Sequence record: PQ850606.1
Origin: Escherichia phage HeidiAbel_Bas97
DNA length: 41,040 bases
Reading direction: 5' to 3' (one strand)
The translations under genes were made by a program, and so were the position numbers. Positions 1-9,516 of this stretch are shown in pieces. Positions within the stretch are counted from its first letter, which is position 1. Every line of letters begins with the position of its first letter. The notes beneath the pieces were generated by a model. It was not told where the DNA came from. It saw only the letters and a program-made list of their open reading frames with translations, and did not search any database.

Positions 1-525
1 TTGGCTAAGACTATTAAGGGCCGAACCGTTAACCGCACCGGCCTGGCGGAAGTTTTCGGGGTGGCATTGCCCACCGTGGATATGTGGAGAAAAGACGGCT
101 GCCCGGTGGTCACGATGGGTGGCCGTGGCAAAGAATGGGAGTTTGACACCGCCGAAGTTGCCAACTGGTTGCGTGACCGCGACGTGCGCGCCGCCACTGG
201 CGACAAGGTGACTGACCAGGAAGAATTGAAGCGCCGCAAGCTGGCAGCCGAAACCGAAAAAGCAGAACTGGAACTGGCCAAAGCCAAAGGCGAAGTGGCA
301 CCACTGGACCAGGTTGAACGCGCCGTTGCCCGCGCCTTCGCGGAAGTGCGCGCCGGTATGCGTAACCTGCCACAGCGCACCGTTTCAATGCTTATCGGTG
401 AAACCGATGAACGCCGGTTCAAATCGGTGATGATGGGCGAAATTGACGAAGTGCTGAAATCGCTGGTGACCGCTTCCCTGCTGGATGGCTATGACGAAGG
501 GGGCGACGGTGACAGCGAAGAATAA
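1..525 (+). CDS. Terminase small subunit (lambda Nu1-like); TTG start at window edge, may be 5' truncated or rotated
   Basis: N-terminal HTH region (TVNRTGLAEVFGVALPTVDMWRKDGCPV) resembles lambda Nu1 N-terminus; sits directly upstream of and overlaps the large terminase gene. Confidence 0.75.
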   Translation: MAKTIKGRTVNRTGLAEVFGVALPTVDMWRKDGCPVVTMGGRGKEWEFDTAEVANWLRDRDVRAATGDKVTDQEELKRRKLAAETEKAELELAKAKGEVAPLDQVERAVARAFAEVRAGMRNLPQRTVSMLIGETDERRFKSVMMGEIDEVLKSLVTASLLDGYDEGGDGDSEE

Positions 526-2533
526 CCCGTTTGCCAACATTGAAGGCATTGACCAGGCCATCCGGCGCGCACAACAACAATTGTTGCCGCCGCCAGACAT
601 GAAGCCATCAGAGTGGGCGCAGGCCAATATCCGCATTCCGTCTGGCAACGCCGTGCCAGGACCGCTGCGCCTGGATAACGCGCCATACCAGCGCGAACCA
701 ATGGACATGCTGGTTGACCCGGATTGCTACCGCGTAACGCTGATGTGGGGCGCGCAGGTGGGCAAAACGATGCTGGCACTGTGCGTGCAGGCGTACAGCG
801 TAGCAGCGGAACCGCGCAGCCAGATGATGATGCAGCCAAGCCAGGATGACTTGCGCACCTGGCTGGAAACGAAATTCAACCCGCTGGCGGAAGAATGCGC
901 GCCGGTAAACAACGCCATTGCGAAGCCGCGAGGCCGCGATGGGGTGAACAACCAGAAAATGAAATCATACCCTGGCGGGTTCCTGATGTTCGCCTGGTCC
1001 GGTTCACCAAAGACCATGCGCGGGCGTTCAGCGCCGCTGATTGTATGTGACGAGGTAGACGGATATGAACGAACCAGCGAAGGGCACCCGGTTGGCCTGC
1101 TGTGGCAGCGTTCTGCCACCTTCGGTGACCAGCGGTTTTTGCTGGAAATCAGCACCCCTACCCTTAAGGGTGAATCGTACATCGAAAAAGCGTATGAAAT
1201 GGGCGACCAGCGGCACTTCTTTGTTTGCTGCCCGCACTGTGACGATCACGTTACGCTTGAATGGGAAAACATCAAATGGGATGGCCAGCGCGAAACCGAC
1301 GCGGAAACGCTGGCGGCCATCGAAGAACAGAAGCCGGAAACCGCGCACCTGTATTGCCCATCGTGCGGCGCGCAGTGGAATGACGGCGAACGGATAGCGG
1401 CTATCCGCCAGGCCGAAGGAAAGGGCGCAGGCTGGAAGGCATCCAGGCCGTTTGAAGGGCACGCCAGCTACCACCTGAACGAACTATACAGCACATTCCG
1501 TAAAGTGCCGGCCATCGTGCGTGACTACCTGGACAAGCTGAAAACCGACGACTTGCAAACCTTCACCAACGTGAGCCTGGCGCGCACCTGGGAAGAAGAA
1601 GGCGACAAGGTTGACCCGGATTCACTGATGGCGCGCCGCGAGGAATACGCAGCGCCGGTGCCTGCTGGTGGGCTGTATATCACCGCAGGCATAGACATGC
1701 AGGTTGACCGCCTGGAATGTGAGGTGGTGGCCTGGGGCGTGGGTGAAGAATCCTGGTCATTGGGTTACCACGTCCTGTGGGGCGACCCGCTGACGCCTGA
1801 CCCCTGGGATGCGCTGGATGACCTGCTGGCGGAAACCTACCAGCACGAAACCGGGGCCATCATGCCGATCATGGCCGCCTGCCTCGATACCGGGGGCACC
1901 AGCGGTTACACACAGGCCGCCTACGAATACGCCAGGGGGCGCACAGGCCGCCGCCTGTTTGCCATCAAAGGCGTGGGCGGATGGGGCCGCCCTATCGTGG
2001 AGAAGCCGCAGCGCAAGCAATCCGGGAAGGATGCCCGAAAGGTGGATTTATTCCTGGTGGGCACCGATGAAGCCAAGCTGATAACCGCAAGGCGTTTAAA
2101 CAAGACGGCACCGGGGCCGGGTTATTGCCACTTCCCTGCCGACCGCGATGAAGAATGGTTCAAGCAAATCACCGCTGAAAAGCTGACCATGCGTTACGTG
2201 AAGGGGCAGCCAATCCGCGAGTGGCGGAAACCGGACAAGGCGCGCAACGAAGCACTGGACTGCCGCAACTATGCGCTGGCCGCGCTGAAAATCATGCAGC
2301 CGTCATTCCGCCGCCTGGCTGAAAGGTTTGGTGTAGCCAACGACAACGCGCCACCGGAACGACGCAAGCGGCTGCCGAACGTAAAACCCATCGTGAAACC
2401 GGTGGAAGTGCCGCAACCGGCCAATGACAAACCCCAAGAAGAAGAAAAACAGCAAGTCACAGAGACTAAGCCCATTAAACGTTCCGCCAGGGCATCCAAA
2501 CGCCGTGGCGGTGGATGGGTTAGCCGCTGGTGA
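485..2533 (+). CDS. Terminase large subunit (lambda gpA-like)
   Basis: 682 aa; C-terminal region (KPDKARNEALDCRNYALAALKI) and overall length and order match the lambda gpA family; overlaps the small subunit gene. Confidence 0.9.
   Translation: MAMTKGATVTAKNNPFANIEGIDQAIRRAQQQLLPPPDMKPSEWAQANIRIPSGNAVPGPLRLDNAPYQREPMDMLVDPDCYRVTLMWGAQVGKTMLALCVQAYSVAAEPRSQMMMQPSQDDLRTWLETKFNPLAEECAPVNNAIAKPRGRDGVNNQKMKSYPGGFLMFAWSGSPKTMRGRSAPLIVCDEVDGYERTSEGHPVGLLWQRSATFGDQRFLLEISTPTLKGESYIEKAYEMGDQRHFFVCCPHCDDHVTLEWENIKWDGQRETDAETLAAIEEQKPETAHLYCPSCGAQWNDGERIAAIRQAEGKGAGWKASRPFEGHASYHLNELYSTFRKVPAIVRDYLDKLKTDDLQTFTNVSLARTWEEEGDKVDPDSLMARREEYAAPVPAGGLYITAGIDMQVDRLECEVVAWGVGEESWSLGYHVLWGDPLTPDPWDALDDLLAETYQHETGAIMPIMAACLDTGGTSGYTQAAYEYARGRTGRRLFAIKGVGGWGRPIVEKPQRKQSGKDARKVDLFLVGTDEAKLITARRLNKTAPGPGYCHFPADRDEEWFKQITAEKLTMRYVKGQPIREWRKPDKARNEALDCRNYALAALKIMQPSFRRLAERFGVANDNAPPERRKRLPNVKPIVKPVEVPQPANDKPQEEEKQQVTETKPIKRSARASKRRGGGWVSRW
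2426..2442 (+). promoter_or_regulatory. Conserved 17-mer GACAAACCCCAAGAAGA, copy 1
   Basis: Exact 17-nt match to three other sites; about 95 nt upstream of the ORF at 2540. Confidence 0.45.
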
Positions 2534-2539
2534 CAAATA

Positions 2540-3079
2540 GTGAAATGCAGCCAATTACCGCAGAAAATTACAGCCGGGTTGACGTTTGAATCACGTCTGA
2601 ACCTGCCAGACTACCCGGCTACTGAATGGGCTGTGCGGCTGCTGCTGCGCGGCCCGCAATCAATCGACGTTCCAGCAGTAGTTGACGGCAAAACCAGCGT
2701 CATCCGCGCCGCTGCTGGCGTTACTGGCACCTGGCCTGCTGGTGAATACTGGTATTCAATCCGCGCAACACGCGGTTCTGACGTTGTGGAAGTGGGCAGC
2801 GGCCAAATCACCATCATGCCGGACCTGGCAGCCGCCGAAGCTGGTTACACCGCAAAAACACACGCGCAACGCACCCTGGAAGCTATTGAAGCCGTCATAG
2901 AAAAGCGCGCGTCAATGGACCAGGAACGCTACCGCATCAATAACCGCGAGTTATACCGCACCCCGATTGCCGATCTGCTGAAACTGCGCGACCTGTACCG
3001 CCTGGAAGTAGCACGCGAACAGCAGGCACAGCGCGGATGCAATCCATTCGGGCGCAAAGTACGGGTGAGCCTTCGCTAA
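2540..3079 (+). CDS. Putative head-tail joining protein (gpW-like C-terminal region); GTG start, exact start uncertain
   Basis: Lies between terminase and portal as lambda W does; C-terminus is basic and Arg-rich like gpW; stop overlaps the portal ATG (TAATG). Confidence 0.4.
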   Translation: MKCSQLPQKITAGLTFESRLNLPDYPATEWAVRLLLRGPQSIDVPAVVDGKTSVIRAAAGVTGTWPAGEYWYSIRATRGSDVVEVGSGQITIMPDLAAAEAGYTAKTHAQRTLEAIEAVIEKRASMDQERYRINNRELYRTPIADLLKLRDLYRLEVAREQQAQRGCNPFGRKVRVSLR

Positions 3080-4635
3080 TGAAACTGTGGCCATTTACCA
3101 GAAATAAGCCTGCCGAACAGGCACAACAGCCGCGCACGCGGCGTTTACCGCTTAACCGCCTGGCTTCCCGCATGTTTACGGGTGCCAGTGTTGACCGGTT
3201 GGGCACCGCGTGGGGCACGCAGCCGCTGACGGCTGACGAGGTAATCAACAAAAATCAACGCATCCTGGTGGCCCGTTCCCGCGAACAGGCCGCCAATAAC
3301 GACTATGCCAAAAAATTCCTGCGCCTGTGCCGCAACAATATTGTTGGGCCAAAAGGCGTTCTGTTGCAGGCCAAAAGCACTGACAACACCGGAAAACTGG
3401 ACACCCTGGCCAACGAAGCCATTGAAACTGCCTTCGATAAGTGGGGGCACAAGTCAAACTGCGACGTGACCGGGAAGTTATCCTGGCGCGCCATCCAGGC
3501 TGCGTGCATCAACAGCGCGGCCAAAGATGGTGAATTCTTCGTGCGCCTGGTGTTCGGTGCCGATGCAGGGCCGTGGGGCTTTGCGCTGCAACTGCTGGAC
3601 CCGCAACGCTGCCCTGTAGACATGGTTGAAGATCGTCTGAATAACGGAAATTTCATTCGCCAGGGCATCGAGTTTAACCGCTACGGGCGGCCTGTTGCGT
3701 ACTATTTCAGCACGGTTGATGAATCCGATGATAATTACCGTTGGTCCGGGCGTGATTTCGTGCGCATTCCCGCTGATGAAATCCTTCACGGCTTCCTGGA
3801 TGACATGGTGGGGCAGAAACGCGGCCTGCCGTGGATGGCCACCAGCCTGTTTCGTATGCGCCACCTGGGTGGCATGGAAGAAGCCGCGCTGGTCAACGCG
3901 CGAGCCGGTGCCAACAAAATGGGTTTCATCGAATGGGATGAAAATTCCGCTGGTCCTGAGTTTGAAGATGATGACGAACTGATCATTGACAGTGAACCGG
4001 GTGAATTCCAGGTGCTGCCACAGGGCGCACGCGTCAAAGACTGGTCGCCACAGTACCCCAACGGCGAATTTGCCGTGTTCACCAAACAAATGCTGCGCGG
4101 CATGGCATCGGGTATGGGCGTTCCGTATAATGACCTTGCCAGCGACCTGGAAGGCGTCAATTTCAGTTCAATCCGCCAGGGAACGCTAGACAGCCGCGAA
4201 AACTGGAAAGAATTGCAGGAATGGTTGATTGAAAACCTGCATCAACCCGTTTTTGAAGCATGGTTGCCGCGTGCCCTGCTTGCTGGTCGCATCACCGTTA
4301 AAGGCCGCAGCCTGAAACCGGAACGCATCGACCGCTACAGCGATATTGAATGGCAGCCACGCCGTTGGGCCTGGATTGACCCGTCATCTGACGTGGCAGC
4401 CGCTGAACGGTCCAAAAACAACATGCTGCAATCGCCTGGCCGCATCATCCGTGAAGGTGGCAGCGACCCTGACACCGTTTGGAAGGAAACCGCCAGCGAC
4501 GTGGCGCGCATGATTGAGGCGTACACGCAGCACGGCATCAGCCGCGAAATGGCGGAAAAACTGGTCATGCAAAGCATGGGCATGGACAAACAACTGTTAA
4601 TGGGGCAGCAAAATGCAGAAAAACCCGCTGAATAG
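3079..4635 (+). CDS. Portal protein (lambda gpB-like)
   Basis: Recalled similarity to lambda gpB; ATG at 3079 overlaps the upstream stop; the track ORF starts 42 nt further upstream in the same frame. Confidence 0.85.
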   Translation: MKLWPFTRNKPAEQAQQPRTRRLPLNRLASRMFTGASVDRLGTAWGTQPLTADEVINKNQRILVARSREQAANNDYAKKFLRLCRNNIVGPKGVLLQAKSTDNTGKLDTLANEAIETAFDKWGHKSNCDVTGKLSWRAIQAACINSAAKDGEFFVRLVFGADAGPWGFALQLLDPQRCPVDMVEDRLNNGNFIRQGIEFNRYGRPVAYYFSTVDESDDNYRWSGRDFVRIPADEILHGFLDDMVGQKRGLPWMATSLFRMRHLGGMEEAALVNARAGANKMGFIEWDENSAGPEFEDDDELIIDSEPGEFQVLPQGARVKDWSPQYPNGEFAVFTKQMLRGMASGMGVPYNDLASDLEGVNFSSIRQGTLDSRENWKELQEWLIENLHQPVFEAWLPRALLAGRITVKGRSLKPERIDRYSDIEWQPRRWAWIDPSSDVAAAERSKNNMLQSPGRIIREGGSDPDTVWKETASDVARMIEAYTQHGISREMAEKLVMQSMGMDKQLLMGQQNAEKPAE

Positions 4636-6661
4636 CATCATTGGGGCCGAATTTACCCGCAAATCTGACAGCAAAACGCTGCCTGATTTCAACAAAGGCG
4701 GGCTGGTGCGCACTATGGAAGTGCGCAAGTTTGACACCGAAAAACGCACCGTAGAACTGGCTTTTTCATCCGAAATCGAGGTTGAACGCTGGTACGGTAT
4801 CGAAATTCTGGACCATTCGCCGGAAAGCGTGCGCCTGGACCGTCTGCGTGACGGTGGGGCGCTGCTGGTTGACCACGATTGGACTGACCAGGTGGGCGTT
4901 GTTGAATCCGTCAGCATTGACGCTGACCGCCGGGGGCGGGCCGTGGTGCGCTTTGGCCGAAGTGCACGCGCTGACGAGATTTTCCAGGACATCGTTGACG
5001 GCATTCGCAAGCATGTTTCCGTGGGCTACCGCGTGTTAGCGGCCAAGCTACAGGAAACGCGTGACGAGTGGCAGGATGTCTATCGCATCACTGAATGGGA
5101 ACCTTACGAAATTTCAATTGTGAGTGTTCCCGCTGACGCCAGCGTTGGCGTTGGGCGTGCGTTTGACAAACCCCAAGAAGAACAACGCGGCAGCAAATCC
5201 GATACTGCGGGCACCGTAGAGGTTCCAGCACCAACAAATATTGCATCTGAGGGCATTAGAATGGAAAAAATTCTGCGCGACGCAGCCGGTAACCTGGTGC
5301 GCGCAATGGTAGACGAAAAAGGCAACATCACGCAGGTTCTGGAAATGCTGGAACGTGCTGGCGATGATGCGCGCAACGCTGAACAGCGTGGCCGTGAAGC
5401 CGAAAAGGCGCGTGTTCGTTCCATCACTGAAATGGGCGAGAAGTACAACGCACGTGACCTGGCTTTGAAAGCTATTGGCGAAGGCACCACCGCCGAAGAT
5501 TTCCAGCGTTCCTTGCTGGACCACCTGAACAAGCCGAAAGACCCGGCACAACCGGCTGATGGCACCCGTTCCGGCAGCAAGCCGCTGTCAGAAATGCCGT
5601 CCAGCGTGATTGGTATGTCTGACAAAGACATCCGCCGCTATAGCATTTTCAACGTGGTTCGCGCGCTGGCTAACCCGAACGATGCAGCCGCACAGCGTGC
5701 CGCAGCGTTTGAAATCGAATGCAGCCACGCAGCGCAACAGCAGTATGGCCGCAGTGCAAAAGGCATCCTGATCCCCGACGATGTTCTGCGCGCATTCAAC
5801 GCTGGTGGCGCACCGAACACCCCGGCAGGTGCACAGACCGGTTCCAACCTGGTTGGCACTGACTTTATGGCCAGTTCGTTCATCGACCTGCTGCGCCCGC
5901 GTACCACCATCATGCGCCTGGCGCGTACTATGGGCGGCCTGGTTGGTAACGTTGAAATTCCGAAACAGACTGGCGGCGCTACTGCCTACTGGATTGGTGA
6001 AGGTGATGACGCAACCGAAACCACGCCGACCATCGGCCAGCTTGGTTTGTCACCGAAAACCGTTGCGGCTTACACCGACATTACCCGCCGCCTGCTGATG
6101 CAATCCACCCCTGACGCGGAAGCTATCGTGCGCGGTGACCTGGTGGCAGCTATCGCGCAGGCGATTGATTACGCTGGTTACTACGGCACCGGCACCAGCA
6201 ACCAGCCGCTGGGCCTGGCGAACTACACCGGCATTAATGCGGTAGACTTCGCAGCAGACAACCCGACTTATGCGGAACTGGTGCAGATGGAAACCGAAAT
6301 TGCGGCAGACAACGCAGACGTGAACAACATGGCGTATGTGTTGAACGCGCGTGGCCGTGGTGCAGCGAAAACCACGCCGAAGTTTGCCAGCGGTTCTTCC
6401 GTTGCTGACGCTGGCGTGATTTGGGAGCCGGGCAACACCCTGAACGGTTACCGCGCCGAAGTTACCAACCAGGTGCAGGATGGTGACGTGTTCTTTGGCA
6501 ACTTCGCTGACCTGGTGGTTGGTATGTGGGGCGGCCTGGACATGACGGTTGACCCGTACAGCCTGAGCAAATCCGGCGGCCTGCGCATCGTGGTGTTCCA
6601 GGACGTGGATTTTGCGGTGCGCCGCGTTGAATCCTTCGCGCTTGGCCGCAACGCAGAATAA
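4613..6661 (+). CDS. Prohead protease, scaffold (delta-like) and major capsid protein (HK97 fold) in one ORF
   Basis: N-terminal ~190 aa resemble an HK97-type prohead protease; central charged coiled-coil segment; C-terminal ~400 aa resemble an HK97-fold capsid protein; internal in-frame ATG at 5261 with a GAGGG RBS. Confidence 0.75.
   Translation: MQKNPLNSIIGAEFTRKSDSKTLPDFNKGGLVRTMEVRKFDTEKRTVELAFSSEIEVERWYGIEILDHSPESVRLDRLRDGGALLVDHDWTDQVGVVESVSIDADRRGRAVVRFGRSARADEIFQDIVDGIRKHVSVGYRVLAAKLQETRDEWQDVYRITEWEPYEISIVSVPADASVGVGRAFDKPQEEQRGSKSDTAGTVEVPAPTNIASEGIRMEKILRDAAGNLVRAMVDEKGNITQVLEMLERAGDDARNAEQRGREAEKARVRSITEMGEKYNARDLALKAIGEGTTAEDFQRSLLDHLNKPKDPAQPADGTRSGSKPLSEMPSSVIGMSDKDIRRYSIFNVVRALANPNDAAAQRAAAFEIECSHAAQQQYGRSAKGILIPDDVLRAFNAGGAPNTPAGAQTGSNLVGTDFMASSFIDLLRPRTTIMRLARTMGGLVGNVEIPKQTGGATAYWIGEGDDATETTPTIGQLGLSPKTVAAYTDITRRLLMQSTPDAEAIVRGDLVAAIAQAIDYAGYYGTGTSNQPLGLANYTGINAVDFAADNPTYAELVQMETEIAADNADVNNMAYVLNARGRGAAKTTPKFASGSSVADAGVIWEPGNTLNGYRAEVTNQVQDGDVFFGNFADLVVGMWGGLDMTVDPYSLSKSGGLRIVVFQDVDFAVRRVESFALGRNAE
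5165..5181 (+). promoter_or_regulatory. Conserved 17-mer GACAAACCCCAAGAAGA, copy 2
   Basis: Exact match; 80 nt upstream of the internal in-frame ATG at 5261. Confidence 0.45.
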
Positions 6662-6666
6662 CGATC

Positions 6667-6694
6667 ATGGCCGCTTCGGCGGCCATAGTCTTTT
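6667..6694 (+). terminator. Terminator/attenuator hairpin after the major capsid gene
   Basis: Perfect palindrome ATGGCCGC-TTCG-GCGGCCAT then a short T tract (TCTTTTCC). Confidence 0.5.
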
Positions 6695-6712
6695 CCGACA
6701 GGAGACAGTTTT

Positions 6713-7015
6713 ATGTCTGGTACTTACGTACTGAAATTGACTTCCGCCATTGCTATCAGCGGCGAAGTCATGAAAGCGGGTTCACTGGTTGAGGTTTCAG
6801 AGCTTGAGGCCAAAAATCTGTTGTCGCGCGGCAAGGCCGAGATGCACGACGAACAACCGGCGCGTGATGACGATGTTGAAATCACGAAAATGAACAAAGA
6901 TCAGCTTATCGCCATTGCAGAACAGATGGAAATTGAAGGCGCGGACAAAATGACCAAAGCGCAGTTGATTGAAGCCATCGAAGCCGCAGGCGAAACCAAA
7001 GAGGGTGACGAATAA
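6713..7015 (+). CDS. Small head-associated protein with Rho-N/HeH-like C-terminal motif
   Basis: AGGAGA RBS; follows the terminator hairpin after the capsid gene; C-terminus KMNKDQLIAIAEQMEIEGADKMTKAQLIEAIEAA resembles a Rho-N/SAP-type helix-extension-helix. Confidence 0.45.
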   Translation: MSGTYVLKLTSAIAISGEVMKAGSLVEVSELEAKNLLSRGKAEMHDEQPARDDDVEITKMNKDQLIAIAEQMEIEGADKMTKAQLIEAIEAAGETKEGDE

Positions 7016-7371
7016 TGCAACACGGCACATCTGTAACGGTTCTGGCCGCGCCAGCAACAATCATAGCCAGCGGCAACGGGGCAGCCGTCAACGTTGGTGA
7101 TTATCACGGCCTGTGCCTGCTGCACATGAACGGCATCGGCACTGCTGGCACCACTACTGTAAGCCTGCAACACAGTGATGACGGTTCAACCAATTGGGTT
7201 GACGTACCAAACACCACGTTTGCGCAGATCGGCACCGCCGCGAAGGCTGACGCTATCCTGTTTAACGCTGACCGATTCAAAAAATTTGTCCGCGTGAAGG
7301 ATGTTTCAGCCAGTTCCGGTTCGGCAATCCGCAGCGTTGTGCTGGTTGGCAATAAGCGGGAATCACAGTAA
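7015..7371 (+). CDS. Hypothetical head/neck structural protein
   Basis: Overlapped start (TAATG) in the head-completion block; no recognisable motif. Confidence 0.4.
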   Translation: MQHGTSVTVLAAPATIIASGNGAAVNVGDYHGLCLLHMNGIGTAGTTTVSLQHSDDGSTNWVDVPNTTFAQIGTAAKADAILFNADRFKKFVRVKDVSASSGSAIRSVVLVGNKRESQ

Positions 7372-7703
7372 TGCCCGCGCCGTCCTGGGAAAACCTGGAC
7401 GACTTTTTTGACCTTGACACCAACGGCGGGTTTGCATTTCCCACCGTTATTCATTCGCAAAAAGGTTGGACCAGAACAATTAACGCCATCTTTGATGATC
7501 CGTACTTCAACGCGCAAATTGGCGAGTATGAAGCGGACACCAGCAGCCCGCGCATCACGGCAAAGGAATCTGACCTGGCTGGCATCCTGCGTGGTGACAC
7601 AATCATTGTGGCCGGTGAAACCTTCGACGTGCTGGCATCCCCGGAACAGGATGGCACAGGCACTGCCGTGGTGAGGATGACGCGCCAAGATGCTGCACTT
7701 TGA
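7371..7703 (+). CDS. Putative head-tail joining / head closure protein
   Basis: Position plus conserved C-terminal pattern (RGDTIIVAGETFDV...DGTGTAVV) typical of phage head-tail joining proteins. Confidence 0.5.
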   Translation: MPAPSWENLDDFFDLDTNGGFAFPTVIHSQKGWTRTINAIFDDPYFNAQIGEYEADTSSPRITAKESDLAGILRGDTIIVAGETFDVLASPEQDGTGTAVVRMTRQDAAL

Positions 7704-8244
7704 CCTGGATTGGCAACAACTGCGCGGCGTAGCCACTGAACTGGAAGCCAGTGAAAAGCAGTTCAAAGCCTCATTAAGCCGCGCATGTAACCGGACGGCG
7801 GCAACCCTGCGCAAAATGTCTGGCCGTGGCCTGAAAGATGAACTGCAACTGCGCACAATGGCAGCTATGCGAAAGCGCCTGAAATCCATCAGGCTGCGCA
7901 CGCGCCAACAGGGCGTTGTGTTGTGGTACGGCTTAAATGATTTGCCGGTGAGTAGCTTTAAGGGCCGCGCCAAGCAGACCAGCGACGGGGCCACGTTCCG
8001 TGACCAGAAATTTGACGGTGCATTTGTGGGCCGCAGCACGGTGAAAGGCAAACGCACAGTGTTTAAACGTGCTGGCAAAGCACGCCTGCCAATCACTGAA
8101 CAGTTGATGCCCATTAAGGACAAAGCCGAAGTCTTCATTGAAGATGAAATCTTCACGCAGGTTGAAGAAATATTCTGGAAGCACTTCGAACGCGATATTA
8201 AGGCGCGCGTAAAATATTTTGATACATCTGACAGGTGGGCATAA
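7690..8244 (+). CDS. Putative virion morphogenesis / tail completion protein
   Basis: Basic 184-aa protein between head-completion and baseplate genes; translationally coupled to neighbours. Confidence 0.4.
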   Translation: MLHFDLDWQQLRGVATELEASEKQFKASLSRACNRTAATLRKMSGRGLKDELQLRTMAAMRKRLKSIRLRTRQQGVVLWYGLNDLPVSSFKGRAKQTSDGATFRDQKFDGAFVGRSTVKGKRTVFKRAGKARLPITEQLMPIKDKAEVFIEDEIFTQVEEIFWKHFERDIKARVKYFDTSDRWA

Positions 8245-8813
8245 TGAACGCCGATACTCACATTGATTTAGAAGTGCTGCACAACGCCATTGTGGCTGAC
8301 ATCAAAGCAGCATTCCCGCAACTGGTCACCGTGGAGTTTTACCAGGATGACCCGGAAGCGCGCAAAACACTGCCAATTCCCGCCTGCCTGCTGACCATCA
8401 GCGAACTGGAGGCAGACAACGAGATTGACCCCGGCACGGAACAGTTGGCCGTTGTGGCGACGTTTGAGGCGCATTTCATCATCAACAGCATCAGGACACC
8501 CCGCGCCGCCCTAGCCATCAGGACGCTGGCCGCTGCCTTCATGGCCTGGCTGCGCAAGCGCCGCTGGACCAACCCGGCAGACCCCGCCAGGAAACTGCCC
8601 ACAGGGCCAGCCAACGTGGTTGGCGGCTTCCCTGACGACTTCACCCCGGAGCTGGACAAATACGAGGTGTGGCGCGTGGAGTGGCAGCAAGTCATCCACC
8701 TGGGCGAAAGCGTGTGGAACGATGACGGCATAACCCCATCAGAGGTTTATTTCAGTTGGTCGCCTGAAATTGGCTTCGGCCATGAACAAGATTACGAAAA
8801 GGTGACACCATGA
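8244..8813 (+). CDS. Putative tail completion / neck protein
   Basis: ATG at 8244 overlaps the upstream stop (TAATG) with a GGTGGG RBS; immediately precedes the baseplate V gene. Confidence 0.4.
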   Translation: MNADTHIDLEVLHNAIVADIKAAFPQLVTVEFYQDDPEARKTLPIPACLLTISELEADNEIDPGTEQLAVVATFEAHFIINSIRTPRAALAIRTLAAAFMAWLRKRRWTNPADPARKLPTGPANVVGGFPDDFTPELDKYEVWRVEWQQVIHLGESVWNDDGITPSEVYFSWSPEIGFGHEQDYEKVTP

Positions 8814-9463
8814 GCGCAGACGTTAGCGAACTGAACCGCCAGCTAAACAACGTTGTGCGCATCGGCACCATTAAGCAACTGGACCTGGCCAACGCGCGTG
8901 CAAAGGTTTCCGTTGCTGGCTGCACCACTGACTGGCTGCCCTGGGGCACTAACCGCGCCGGTAAGCGCCGCGACTGGTCACCGCCTGTCATTGGTGAACA
9001 GGTGGTTTTGTTTGCGCCTTATGGCGATTTAGGCCAGGCGGTCATTGGGCCGTCAATCTTCCAGGAGGACCACGCCGCGCCAGCAGCCAGTGCCGACCAG
9101 GAAACAACCGTTTACCCTGACGGCACAACGGTGGACTACAACAGCGCCAGCAACACGCTGACCATCACCGTGGCTGGTGCTGGTAATGTCATCATCAATT
9201 GCAAACAAGCCAACGTGAACACTGAAACAGCCACCGTGACGGCATCCACCAGCGTCACCCTGGATACGCCTGACACGTTTTGCACCGGCAACCTGACCGT
9301 GGCCAAAAGCCTGACGATGGGCCAGGAGGGCGGAAGCGCGACTATGAAAGGCGCTGTTTCCATCGAAGGGCCAAGCCTGACCCACAACGGCAAAAACGTT
9401 GGCAGCGACCACAGCCACACCGGCGTGCAGCCAGGCGGCGGCAATACCGGCGCACCTGCCTGA
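8810..9463 (+). CDS. V: Baseplate assembly protein V (central spike), P2 gpV-like
   Basis: N-terminal gpV-like domain (VVRIGTIKQLDLANARAKV...DWLPWGT); ATGA overlap with the upstream gene. Confidence 0.8.
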   Translation: MSADVSELNRQLNNVVRIGTIKQLDLANARAKVSVAGCTTDWLPWGTNRAGKRRDWSPPVIGEQVVLFAPYGDLGQAVIGPSIFQEDHAAPAASADQETTVYPDGTTVDYNSASNTLTITVAGAGNVIINCKQANVNTETATVTASTSVTLDTPDTFCTGNLTVAKSLTMGQEGGSATMKGAVSIEGPSLTHNGKNVGSDHSHTGVQPGGGNTGAPA

Positions 9464-9466
9464 CCT

Positions 9467-9483
9467 GACAAACCCCAAGAAGA
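9467..9483 (+). promoter_or_regulatory. Conserved 17-mer GACAAACCCCAAGAAGA, copy 3
   Basis: Exact match in the V-W intergenic gap, 34 nt upstream of the W ATG. Confidence 0.45.
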
Positions 9484-9516
9484 TAAACCACCTACCATGC
9501 GGGCATCATTGCCCGC

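Noticed and set aside
3037-3078. Upstream in-frame start for the portal gene
   Set aside because: It would overlap the preceding gene by 43 nt; the ATG at 3079 gives the usual TAATG coupling. The true start is not certain.
7104-8261. 385-aa minus-strand ORF across the head-completion genes
   Set aside because: It is antisense to a run of tightly coupled plus-strand structural genes with good context; its sequence is Arg/Ser/Cys-rich and low-complexity, as expected for a spurious antisense frame in GC-rich DNA.
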